From Octopus bimaculoides (lineage: Eukaryota): a stretch of 36,954 bases of DNA. The notes below the pieces were generated by a model. That model worked only from the letters and a program-made list of their open reading frames with translations, had not been told where the DNA came from and ran no database searches. Below, piece after piece: positions 1 to 11,631 of the stretch. The stretch spans positions 36,471,744 to 36,508,697 of the forward strand of contig NC_068987.1 in NCBI RefSeq assembly GCF_001194135.2, read 5' to 3'. Both the position numbers and the translations under genes were made by a program. The first letter of the stretch is position 1, and each line of letters begins with the position of its first letter.

Positions 1-582
1 GTGAAATTGACGTGTAATTTTATTATTACGAAAGTAACAAATTACTAATTAACATATAAGTATATATCTATTCTTATGCATGTTTGTATGTATGTATTAT
101 GTAAGTGTGTATGTATGTATGTATATGTATGTATGTATCTATGAATCTATCTATCCGTCTATCTAATATTTCTCATGTACATAGGTATGTAGGTATATAT
201 GCATATATGTATCTTTGGATGTCTATCGCCATTGGAATAAATATTGTGGAGAAAGGGAGGAGACGAAGAGAAGGTGGAGGTGGAGGAGAATAAGGAGGAA
301 AGAAGAAGAGGAGAAAGAAAAGAAGGAAGGAAGGAAAATGTTGATGGCAAAGATGACTACGTCGACAGTGATATGAATAAAGTGTAGAAAGAGTGGAAAG
401 GGCAGAAAGTTGTTCGATCAAAACAGATGGAAATGTAATTAACAATAAATAATATTAAATTTAAAGATATTTTTTACACAAAATATATTATTTAGCAATT
501 TCAATAATGTTTGATACCAATATGAACTGCAAGAGACACATACTCAATGTTTTTATTCTTAATTATTGTTGCTGTTTTGCCG

Positions 583-696
583 TTGTTGTTGTTGTTGTTG
601 TTGTTGTTGTGGTGGNNNNNNNNNNNNNNNNNNNNNNNNNNNNNNNNNNNNNNNNNNNNNNNNNNNNNNNNNNNNNNNNNNNNNNNNNNNNNNNNN

Positions 697-743
<47 letters not shown>
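583..743. repeat. (GTT)n and (CA)n microsatellites flanking a gap
   Basis: Direct repeat runs on either side of the 616-696 gap. Confidence 0.95.
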
Positions 744-745
<2 letters not shown>

Positions 746-1512
746 ATATATAGTAATAATAATAAAAATAATCTATGGAGGCGATTTATTAATATTTAAA
801 TGCATCGCTACTTGTGTTTCCACAGATGAAATGTTTTTGTGATCATAGTCTGCGTACCTGGGATGATTACAGTCCAGTACGTAATATTCATGGATATCAG
901 GTGGGTCTTTGTTAATGTGTTAATTTCTTCAGGTGATATGGCATTGAAATTGGAAGTAACGAGTTCAACTGAAGGGTGTTTAACAATTTTCACCAATCAA
1001 AACCTTCGTTGGGGTACGTCGGCGGTCCTGAGTTTGGATTATCCTGATAATTCAGCATTTGGATTAACGTATATTTATCCTACGCTAAGTTGGCACAGCT
1101 CGTACGTCCCATAAAAACTGCTTTTGCAGGTTGGAACCATTAGAATGTAGCTGACACAATAAATTAGGAGCTTTTGTACGTGTGTTCTAATGCATTTCCC
1201 TTAAGCGAACTTAAAGGATATATGTCTATATAATAAAAATGGATGTGTGTGTGTGAGTGTGTGAGTGTGTGCGTATGTGTGTGTGTATGTCTGTCTGTCG
1301 CTCTGTCTGTCTGTATATCAGCCTATAGGAAGAAAAACTACGGCGCAGTTTTTTCTTGTGTAAAATTTCAAGACGAAGACAATGAAAGAGGTCCCGAGTT
1401 TTTAGCGGCGCTCTGTAAGGGGCCACTGGCCTTTTTCCAACATGTGCAAAATCGCAGTTCAAAAATAAATGAAGGGTCTAAGAGATATAACTTTTATTGG
1501 ATTAATATACTA

Positions 1513-1566
1513 CTTTCTTTTTATCGGTTTCAGGTCAAAGTCGCGGCCATGCTGGGGGCACTGCCA
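1513..1566 (-). mobile_element. Degenerate 3'-end fragment of SINE family 1
   Basis: gcggccatgctgggggcactgcc resembles gtggccatgctggagcaccgcc in the full copy at 29586-30019. Confidence 0.5.
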
Positions 1567-1599
1567 TTTTGCTACACTGTTATTATTGAGACCCTCTGA

Positions 1600-2180
1600 T
1601 ATGTGGCATTTTGTGAATTAGGGAGAGTTTGATATCGCTGACCTAATTTGCGCCTCCTGCCGCGAGGTAAGTTCATCCGGGACTCTCAACAGGAAGAGAT
1701 CCAGTTTTGTTTTGAAAACACCCACATGCACTTTATATAGGTCTCTCAGACTCTTTCGAAGAATATTAAAATGCTGTGGGCCCTTGAAATCCAGGTATAT
1801 GCAGTAACTGGTCCTGAAGCGCGACGGCATTGTTGGCATCTTTGGCACTGGTCAGTGGCGACCTGTTCAGGCATTTGTGTAGCTTTCAATGCCAACATTT
1901 GGCACAATGTCTTCCAGGATCTTACAGATGTATATTACTGCATATCTCTCCCTACTTCGCACCAGAGAGAAGTGTCTTAGCTCTTTCAGCCTTTCCCAGT
2001 AGCTGAGCTGTTGCAATGGATTCTTCAAGGGTGTTAATTTTACACTGTCGGGTGACCATAGTTAGGAGTTGCAGTCCAGGCGGCTGAGGACGAATGTCCT
2101 CCAGAGGACCATCATAATTTCCTTCTCTCTAGTTAGACTAGAAACCGTAGCTTAGATTTCAGCCCAACATTTTTCCTTTG
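1600..2180 (-). mobile_element. 3' fragment of a CR1/Jockey-group APE-LINE (post-RT C-terminal region), decayed
   Basis: Minus-strand translation gives EIMMVLWRTFVLSRLDCNS*LWSP...QLSYWERLKELRHFSLVRSRERYAVIYICKILEDIVPN...FKGPQHFNILRKSLRDL...VFKTKLDLFLLRVPDE. This matches the typical LINE C-terminal signatures (LYKSLVRxxLEY..WSP, YxERLxxLxLxSLxxRR, FKxxLDxFL). Confidence 0.85.
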
Positions 2181-2384
2181 TTTCACGTATTCCATATCAG
2201 AATTTATGAGGTCAGCTGTCATTTTCCTATCTCACTTCAATATATTTGTACAACTTTTCATTTGAAAATACCTATTTTCCATAAACATATAACGAAACAA
2301 ATTCGGTGGGGCACTCTTTTGCAGGTAAGCTACATGTGTAATATAACAATACACATAGTTACATGTGTGCGGTTGTGTATGAGT

Positions 2385-2385
2385 G

Positions 2386-2449
<64 letters not shown>

Positions 2450-2545
2450 TGTGTTTGTGTGTGTGTGTGTGTGTGTGTTGTGTTTTGTGTGTGTGTGTGT
2501 TGTGTGTGTGTGTTTGCTTAAGTGTGCCTGTGTGTGTGACTGTGT
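2385..2545. repeat. (GT)n microsatellite, imperfect
   Basis: Direct. Confidence 0.95.
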
Positions 2546-3609
2546 GCAATAAAAAAGGAGGATCTGGCGTTGAGGATCATCGAAGTATAAAATTATTTGA
2601 CTCGATAATTGGAAGAGTCTACTCTTTGCATCCGAGTCACTATGAATGTTCCTTTTTGAGGCTGCATTTTCATGAAATAAGAGGACCGAATTCCTTCTTC
2701 TTTCTAAGAACGATTGGTGGTCAAAATACTCGTACTTAGCAGTTTAACCTTAAATTTGGTAGAAGGTGGCAATAAGTAGGATAGAACAGTAGCTGAAGCT
2801 TCTGTGTCACGCACACCTATTTCTTTGAGAGATCTTTTGCAATTCGTCTCCTGAATTGTGAAGTAAGTAATCCATTAGCGTTGTGGCACAAATATAAAAA
2901 TGATTTATCAGAAGACTACAAATATCAAGGACAACTAAGATTGTCTGGGAAGGAAATATAATTCTGCATTGATTGAAATTGAAGATCGCATTGTTTTAGT
3001 GGGAGGGGAGGAGCTCCGCAAGTTTTGCTTACGCTTACCTGACATCAATTTCCTATACGTTTGTCTTTTACGATGTCCAATAATAAGTCCCAAAGTCAGA
3101 TTTGAAAATTGTTGGTTTGCAATTAGAAGAGGCCTGTTTCTCACACGGCCTGTTATATGTTGGGACATCCAGAGTGGGGAGCAAAAAAATGTTGGCCCTA
3201 CTGGAAAAACCCGAAACTTTGTCTATAAGGAAGTTTTTACCATAGGACAACAAACTAAAATTTGCAGAATGATTAATAACCTTGAATTAATAATGTCAAG
3301 GTCACACTATATTCGTCCTAGAAAAGCTATTTGTATTTATGTTTGTTGTAATACTGCAGTTCCATAAATTATAGTACATATGTTTTTAGTTTTCCTCAAA
3401 CTTTTACTTACTTATCTTGTACTCGACATAAGCCAAAGTCTGAGCAATGTTTGCTTCATTTATAGACTGAAATATTATAGACCATAGATCAGAGGTTTAT
3501 ATGCACCCATGATAACATTGGCCAGTAGAAAACAGCGCTGCACTGTACCTTTTTATGTAAGTAATTGCATTAAGAGTTCATTCCTGCAGCGATCGTGTTT
3601 TAACTTGCA

Positions 3610-4065
3610 TTGCCGTGTTTAAATATTCTCTTCACGGGAATGTTTGCTGAAAATGAATATGTCGCTCGTACAAGTTACAAAATAGTGCATAAGATGGCAA
3701 AGCGAGGAAAGCCGTTTACTGACAGCAACTTCATCAAAGAGTGTATGCTGGAAGCAGTAAATGTCTTGTGTGATGAGAAAGCCGATTTGCTTAGAAGTAT
3801 AAGCCTTTCAGCAAGTTCAGCTGTACAAAGAACAGAACTTGGAGAGAAAATAGTGCTACAGCTACGCGAGAAAGCTACGAACTTCTTGTGGTATTCTCTG
3901 GCGCTGGATGGGTCTACTGATCTCTCGAGTTCGTCACAACTCCTCGTGTTCGTTCGTGGTGTTAATGTGGGCTCTCAGATCACAGAAGAGTTGGCATCTG
4001 TTTGCAGCATGCATAGAACAACAACGAGAGAAGACATTTTCCTGGAAAAACATAAAACTTTGTAA
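3610..4065 (+). mobile_element. hAT transposase fragment (GTF2IRD2/SPIN/Charlie-like)
   Basis: ORF reads SYKIVHKMAKRGKPFTDSNFIKECM...SISLSASSAVQR...WYSLALDGSTDLSSSSQLLVFVRGV...EELASVCSMHRTTTREDIF. This follows the AKxGKPFTxGExIKEC...ALDESTD...QLxxFVR...EEL...TTGEDIF hAT pattern. It is truncated at both ends. Confidence 0.9.
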
Positions 4066-4870
4066 AGCTATATCTTCAGTGGAATCTAAAAGGTTTAAAC
4101 AGAAACAAAATTCATGCAATAAATATAAGTAATTGAACGTTTTATGATATATACATGTGTTCACGTGTATATGTGGTGCTTCATCATGACCGNNNNNNNN
4201 NNNNNNNNNNNNNNNNNNNNNNNNNNNNNNNNNNNNNNNNNNNNNNNNNNNNNNNNNNNNNNNNNNNNNNNNNNNNNNNNNNNNNNNNNNNNNNNNNNNN
4301 NNNNNNNNNNNNNNNNNNNNNNNNNNNNNNNNNNNNNNNNNNNNNNNNNNNNNNNNNNNNNNNNNNNNNNNNNNNNNNNNNNNNNNNNNNNNNNNNNNNN
4401 NNNNNNNNNNNNNNNNNNNNNNNNNNNNNNNNNNNNNNNNNNNNNNNNNNNNNNNNNNNNNNNNNNNNNNNNNNNNNNNNNNNNNNNNNNNNNNNNNNNN
4501 NNNNNNNNNNNNNNNNNNNNNNNNNNNNNNNNNNNNNNNNNNNNNNNNNNNNNNNNNNNNNNNNNNNNNNNNNNNNNNNNNNNNNNNNNNNNNNNNNNNN
4601 NNNNNNNNNNNNNNNNNNNNNNNNNNNNNNNNNNNNNNNNNNNNNNNNNNNNNNNNNNNNNNGGTGGGCTGCGACTGGTCGAAGAAGGTCATGCGGAGGC
4701 GTGGTTTGAGGTTGGTATATGGGTTAGCTGTAAATACCGCATGGTCAACAGGAAATTTACCACGTGGAGCTCAGGAAACAGTGCACGTGGTGATTAAACA
4801 TAGGTCAGGTTGTTGGCGGAGGAAATACGAAGGGGTAGCATGTGCAATTGTATAGTTCTATATATCAAAA

Positions 4871-5086
4871 TGTGTGTATCTTTGTGTCTGTGTTTGTCCC
4901 CGCCACCATCGCTTGACAACCGAAGTTATAGTATTTATGTCCCCGTAATTTAGCGGTTCGGCCAAGCGACCGATAGAATAAGTACCACGCTTACAAACAA
5001 TAACTGGGCTTGATTTCTTCGACTGAAAGGCAGTGCTCCTACATAGCCACAGTAAAACAACTGAAACAAATAAAAGATTAAAAGAA
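4871..5086 (+). mobile_element. SINE family 1, 3' half only
   Basis: tttgtcccc...ttgacaacc...atgtccccgtaatttagcggttcggc...gatagaataagtac...gtgctcc...actgaaacaaataaaaga matches the reverse complement of 29586-29800. Confidence 0.85.
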
Positions 5087-5099
5087 TTGAAACCTTCTT

Positions 5100-5812
5100 T
5101 TTTAATCTAAAATATACTCACCTTCCTTTTCTACAATGCTCTTCCATCTAACTGGTAGATTTGCAAGGCCCCTCTTCCAAAATTCACTTCTCCGTGACGA
5201 AAAATACTCCTATCCTGTTCTGACCTCGTCCACAAAATTCATATTTTTTATGTCCAAATGATTTTGAAGACTGCGGAATAAATGATGAGGCAATCTCCGG
5301 TGAATATGGTGGGCATCGTTTCCTATTCAAACTGCTCCAACCTTTCGAATGTCATCCTCACTGCATGTGGTCAAGCATTATCCTGATGGAAGACATCTTT
5401 CATCTTGAAAACAAAGATGGTCTTTTTTATCTAGCGCTGACTTAAGCCGCTCAAGCTGCTCGCAGTAGATCTCCTTTCTTATAATTTGGCTTGGGTTTAA
5501 AAGTTCAAAGTGGACTAAACCTTTCATATCCCACCAAACGGATAACAACACCTTACGTGGGCGAGACCTTTAACCTGAGGTGCCGGGTTTTCTCCTTCTC
5601 TACCCACTGTCTTCGGTGCATGGCATTTTTATAGAGAATTCATTTCTCGTCACCAATCACTATTCGGTCCAAAAAAGGTTCATTCATAAGATGTGACAGC
5701 AAAGAAAAGAACAAGGAAGAATTACTTCCTGCATTTATAGCAAGTTAATTCAGGTGGTAATTTTTAGTTCATGCAATTGAAAAAAACGCATTATTTATGG
5801 GATAACCCAATA
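5100..5812 (-). mobile_element. Mariner (Tc1/mariner D34D-type) copy, internally deleted, with the 5' TIR retained
   Basis: Minus-strand translation gives EPFLDRIVIGDEK*ILY...KVLLSVWWDMKGLVHFELL...YCEQLERL...HQDNA*PH...FWKRGLANLPVRWKSIVEKEGEYILD*. A TIR-like end, tattgggttatcccataaataatgcg, lies at ~5787-5812. The HTH-encoding half is missing. Confidence 0.9.
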
Positions 5813-5912
<100 letters not shown>

Positions 5913-6774
5913 AGTGCATGTTTGTATATATGTTTGTATTATAGTCATTTATATATGTTTCACATTGCCACTTGATATATACTATTCATACCTGTATTCT
6001 CCCGGATCTATCTACATTGATATGATGAAAAACAATGCTTAAATATTATCTGACAGATACTGCAAATAGATGGGCGATACAGTAATAAGGACTTCTAGAA
6101 TGCACACAAAGCTGGCTGATAGTGACTACAATGGCCAGTATGCCGGAATTTGTAAGGGGATTGACTAGGTTTTGACTCCAGGACGGATTTGTTCAGTATT
6201 ACAAATACAGATTTGTTCAGTATTTCGTTGACTTGTCGCGCGCTATCCCATCATTCATGGTATAATAACGTGACTCCTTTCTAAATAGGCAACGTAAAAG
6301 TCCACAACCTTTGCCAGTTTATAAAACCATTTGGAAATTCGTTACTCTTATCATTTCCCGGGCGAAGTTAACTTCAATATTGGTTTAAAATTTAGTAGAA
6401 CACTGGTTTAGAATTTATTTTAAAGCGTTTAGAGTTTAATTCAACCTTGATGGTTTTTACCGCTTTTTACTTCAACCTACAAATGGCAGTTTCCAGAATA
6501 TCACTTCCTACCTTATTTTTCGTAATCAACAATTTGCATTTTCCTTCCTACTCGGGGCAACGCAGTATAATTAATCTGCAATGAATGCAATTTGGATTTG
6601 AACCCAGCCACGCATAAGCTGCAGGTTTAAACAACTATGGCGAAGAACGAAGTTAATATATGACAAAACTTTCTTATGCATTTTGATTTTTTTTATATAT
6701 TCTTACTATCAAAATATTATATCTGGATATTTCATATAGGTTGTTAGAAGAGCAAGTGGTGTGAATTGAACAGG

Positions 6775-6895
6775 AGCAGACAGACAGAAAGACAGACAGA
6801 AAGACAGACAGGCAGGCAGACAGACAGACACACAGGCAGACAGACAGACAGACAGACAGACTAATTGACACAGCGACACGCATACACAGACAAAC

Positions 6896-6955
<60 letters not shown>
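6775..6955. repeat. (GACA)n grading into (GATA)n microsatellite
   Basis: Direct. Confidence 0.95.
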
Positions 6956-7308
6956 TTGAAGCACCGAGGTTTTATTTCTGAATCCGTTTCAATTTTTAAA
7001 TCCGTTTCAACTTACGATTACATAAATCGCTTACAAGTTAGCAATTTATTCCGTTATGACATATATTGTAAGGGAAAAGAAGCCGTGAGTAAAAGAGAAA
7101 GAAAAGAGAAAAAAGATGAAGTGAATTATTGAAACAGAAGGTGAAAAGAGAAACTGGCAGCAGGTAATGAAAGTCTATCTAACAGAATTATAACGATTAT
7201 ATATGAGAAATGATAAATGAGGAATATCGTGGGAAAATCTTCAGCAGATAAAGATGTCAAATATAGACAGAAGGAACAACGGAAACAGCAAGCGAGAAAG
7301 CTAGTTTG

Positions 7309-7328
7309 AAAGAAGAAGAAGAAGAAGA

Positions 7329-7402
<74 letters not shown>
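7309..7402. repeat. (GAA)n-(GA)n compound microsatellite
   Basis: Direct. Confidence 0.97.
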
Positions 7403-7406
<4 letters not shown>

Positions 7407-7449
7407 ATGTTAGAAGGTGAAAATGGAGAATTAAAAAATTCAAGGGATT

Positions 7450-7880
7450 TGAGAAATACGAACTTTAGCTCTGTCAAAATAAAGTCAATATCTGTCAGAG
7501 GTGACCATCTTCAGATGTTTTCCGCTATTTTCCTTTTGCTCTGAATCTCATTTGTCAGTTAAATTCTCAAACGATAACTCACAGCTACATTTTTCTTCCA
7601 ATTTTCACAGCCATTTCAGTGCGAATATCAATCATTGATATCGACTGAGCAATCAGAGACTTCTGACGAACAATAAATTGATCTTCGTAACACGAAGATC
7701 AAAAGATGATTAAGACAACAAACAAGCTTTATCGTTTAAGTCAAAACACCGCTACGGATACCAACCTCAGTTACTACCTGATATAGATACACACACGTTT
7801 ACACTTGCTTTCACAAACCTACGGTATGTACGGTATATAAAATCGTAAATGCTTGTGCGCACATATACAGACACCGAGAA
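7450..7880 (-). mobile_element. Unclassified interspersed repeat, possibly a Penelope pseudo-LTR
   Basis: An 83-bp part (7722-7804) recurs inverted at 9860-9942. It also contains an 11-bp hairpin (~7678-7702) and an HHR-like remnant at 7484-7520. The family assignment is inference. Confidence 0.45.
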
Positions 7881-8492
7881 ATTGATAGAGAGTTTGGTAA
7901 ATCTGAGAAAAATGCTTATAGTGTAAATATAAATTTTCTATGAAAAACCTCAAACTATTGATTGTAATGTTTCCAAGTGGTCGCTATTATCCATCACACG
8001 TATGCACACAAACACACACAAACACATATACGTACATGCATGCACACGCACACACTTAAAATATTCGTGCACAAATATGTTCATTATTGCTTTTATTCCA
8101 CCCCTGCACTGAGTCCTTCATTTAGATTATATCCATTGGCTTGAGGTTCTTAAAACATGTTGATGACACACATACATTAACACACACACACGTACACGCA
8201 TACACGCACACACAGATAGATATAGATATATACTAGTATACAGGTGTAGTAAAAAATGACGACAGTTTCATCAATGATAGATAATGGCATTAGTAAACAA
8301 TGAAATAATCTATTGCTAAATATCATCAATCAAGTAAATATATGTATAGACACGAAGCACTTGAAGGATCAGGTAGGGTTGTAATGTCTTGGTTGAGAAA
8401 TATTGTCCACATAATGTGTGTGCATGTGTGTGTCTGTGTATGTGTGTATGTGTGTTTGTGTGTGAGAGAGTGTGTGTGTGTGTGAGAGAGAG

Positions 8493-8535
<43 letters not shown>

Positions 8536-8821
8536 CGTTGCTATTATGCAAAATTTCAAAATGTTGGTTTTAAGACAACGAGAAAGTAGTTTCCATAATA
8601 AAACCGTTGTACTACACTACACTTTGATAATTTTGGATATCATGGCATCTAACTCTCCTGGAGATGTGATAGTTTGAGCAAAAGAACCGACTATACCAAG
8701 GAAAAATAAATATTGAAAAGAACGCATTTGGTCAAATTTGGACATACGACAGTTTAACATAATAGCAACAATATATATAACACATTCACACTTCCATTCA
8801 CTCAAGGATAAGGTAGATTTT

Positions 8822-8860
8822 GTACGGCTGGATGCCCTTCTTCTCACCAACTCTCGCTTA
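8822..8860 (+). mobile_element. Short fragment resembling an RTE-type LINE/SINE 3' region
   Basis: The motif tacggctggatgcccttc..c.ccaac recalls RTE-related tails. It is short and recognised from memory only. Confidence 0.35.
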
Positions 8861-9009
8861 TATTCGAGAAATAGTTCAGCGTAAACATACGTGTTTACAT
8901 GACAGATTGGAATTGCAGAAGAGTGTCACATGTTTACTACCATTGCCCAATGTCTAGGTGAAGGGAAAGTAAAACACTCAGTGTCAAACACAGACACATA
9001 CACACATAT

Positions 9010-9048
<39 letters not shown>

Positions 9049-9539
9049 NNNNNNNNNNNNNNNNNNNNNNNNNNNNNNNNNNNNNNNNNNNNNNNNNNNN
9101 NNNNNNNNNNNNNNNNNNNNNNNNNNNNNNNNNNNNNNNNNNNNNNNNNNNNNNNNNNNNNNNNNNNNNNNNNNNNNNNNNNNNNNNNNNNNNNNNNNNN
9201 NNNNNNNNNNNNNNNNNNNNNNNNNNNNNNNNNNNNNNNNNNNNNNNNNNNNNNNNNNNNNNNNNNNNNNNNNNNNNNNNNNNNNNNNNNNNNNNNNNNN
9301 NNNNNNNNNNNNNNNNNNNNNNNNNNNNNNNNNNNNNNNNNNNNNNNNNNNNNNNNNNNNNNNNNNNNNNNNNNNNNNNNNNNNNNNNNNNNNNNNNNNN
9401 NNNNNNNNNNNNNNNNNNNNNNNNNNNNNNNNNNNNNNNNNNNNNNNNNNNNNNNNNNNNNNNNNNNNNNNNNNNNNNNNNNNNNNNNNNNNNNNNNNNN
9501 NNNNNNNNNNNNNNNNNNNNNNNNNNNNNNNNNNNNNNN

Positions 9540-9574
<35 letters not shown>

Positions 9575-9592
9575 TAAAAAATATATATAACT

Positions 9593-9813
9593 ACGAAATA
9601 GCCATAAATACAACCCTCTTAAGTACAAAGTAGTCCGGCTACGGAAAATGAAAAAGGTGAAGATAGTGCTAATTATAGTTGGCTCCTTGGACAATATCAG
9701 AAGGCATCAAAGGGAATAGAAAAGAAATTGGAATTGAGTGCCCAGTAGAACTGTTACAAATGATTTGCCTCCCTGGCACGGCCAGAATAACCAGGAATGT
9801 ATTAGATAGCTGA
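9593..9813 (+). mobile_element. C-terminal RLE fragment of an R2/R4-group non-LTR retrotransposon (copy B)
   Basis: KYNPLKYKVVRLRKMKKVKIVLIIVGSLD-[frameshift]-IGIECPVELLQMICLPGTARITRNVLDS* fits the KYxxL...VxPIVVGALG...LQKACLLGTARILRxVL RLE terminus. Confidence 0.8.
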
Positions 9814-11189
9814 AATGATAGAAGTATTATCATGTACATTGTTTTGTCTTGGTATAAACGTGTAAGCGTGTGTGTATCTATATCAGATAGTAACTGAGGT
9901 TGGTATCCGTAGCGGTGTTTTGACTTAAACGATAAAGCTTGTGCCACCATTCCTGCTACAAAAACAATCGGCCATATACAAGGGCCTACAACTGCAAGAG
10001 TTATTAATGTAACCCATAATTTCTTTGTGGATGACCTCAAGATATATGCTAAAAATATTAACAATACCAAAAAAACAACTGGTATTAATAAAATTCGCAG
10101 ATGAAATACAAATGGCATATGGCCAGAAGAAATATTCTCATTTAATTGTTAAACGCAGAAAGTCAGTGCACCTGACACAAAACCTGTGCAAAAAGGTTTC
10201 ACTGTCTCTCCTGTCCCACATAAAGAATGTTATGAGTACCTAGCCATTGATGAAAATATATCATAACAAAGTATCGCAAATAAAGATAGAGTGACTCAAG
10301 AATATTACACGACACAAAGAAAAATATGGCTTCCAAGCTTTTCTCTTATAACAAGACAATGTCCCACATGCATTTGGAGTACCAGTGCTGATTCCAGCAT
10401 TTGGGATAATTGACTGGTTTGTTGAAGAAATCCACTCCATATACATTAAAAACCGCAACAACTCTAGAAATCTCCACAAAAGTAATGGTATCGACAGGCT
10501 CTACCTAAGAGGAGATAAATGAGGTAGGGGCTTGAGATCAGTGCAAACAGTGCAATCAGTGCAAACACTCTCTGGCAGTACTTGCTAAACAACAGCAGCA
10601 AAAATTACTTGGTGCTGAAAAGTGAAGAAAATAATATCACACGTATTGGAAGTGAGCTCCTCAGGAAGTACACTCTTCTTGATGACCTCCCATACAACTC
10701 AAAATCAGTCGGACTAGCATATCTTGAGGAAGACCCGGAGGTTAAACGCTCAGCATACCAAAATAAGACCATGCATGAGTATGGTTCCCGGAGACTTGAA
10801 GAAGATAGTAACATTGACACGAAGCGAACCTTCTCTTTGAATCGTGACCACTATATTACATCACATTTTGAAGGCTATACATTTGCAATCCAAGAAAAGG
10901 GGATTGCTGCTAAACGCATTATCAACAAAAGAGACGGTGAAGCACTTGGAACACCAAGATACAACTGTAAATGTAGATTGTCATATATCTGTGGAAAACA
11001 TCACATGTGATTAGAGGCTGCCCCAAAATATCATCTCTATGCGTCATGACAATATACAATGCCATTTGGAAAAGAGGTCAGTCCTGGAATAAATATAGAG
11101 AACCCAAATTAATAAATACGTACACAAATATAAGCACAAGCAATATAAGTGGAATATAAGTGGAATATAAGTGGAATATATATATATAT

Positions 11190-11500
11190 ATATATCTTTG
11201 ATGAAGATTTATACAGATAAACTTCATTACATTTGCTTGGTCGGATACGTAGAGTGTTCGGTTTTGGTAAGGTGAGAATTCTGTTTATTTATATATGTTT
11301 TCTTAAACAATACTATGCTGATGACCGGAGTCTAGATTCATTCTAGTAATCGCGAAATCGGTCGATACATAGTTGAGTTATTTAAAAGAAAGTTGGTCTT
11401 CTTCTGTTCGTTGTTTTCCTCGCATTCGGTACTAAATGTGTTTATTATGGGAACTCCATTGTGTGGCATTATTCTGTAGTAATGCCCCTTATATAAATAT
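11190..11500 (+). mobile_element. Non-LINE insert inside copy A, carrying an HHR-like motif; possible Penelope pseudo-LTR
   Basis: The segment lies between the two halves of the LINE RLE region, bounded by (TA)n. It contains CTGATGA...CGAAATCGGTC. Confidence 0.45.
11312..11373 (+). ncRNA. Hammerhead ribozyme-like motif (minimal type I), intact core, damaged stems
   Basis: actatg-CTGATGA-c-cggagt-ctaga/ttcat/tctag-taatcgc-GAAA-tcgg-TC-gata-catagt. Confidence 0.5.
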
Positions 11501-11504
11501 AAAC

Positions 11505-11537
<33 letters not shown>

Positions 11538-11631
11538 NNNNNNNNNNNNNNNNNNNNNNNNNNNNNNNNNNNNNNNNNNNNNNNNNNNNNNNNNNNNNNN
11601 NNNNNNNNNNNNNNNNNNNNNNNNNNNNNNN

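Larger units (their letters stand above)
7722..9942. repeat. 83-bp inverted repeat pair: 7722-7804 and 9860-9942
   Basis: Hand alignment gives 81/83 identical, with no gaps. Confidence 0.95.

Noticed and set aside
9669-10118. 149-aa minus-strand membrane-like ORF
   Set aside because: It is antisense to LINE fragments and spans three unrelated repeat segments.
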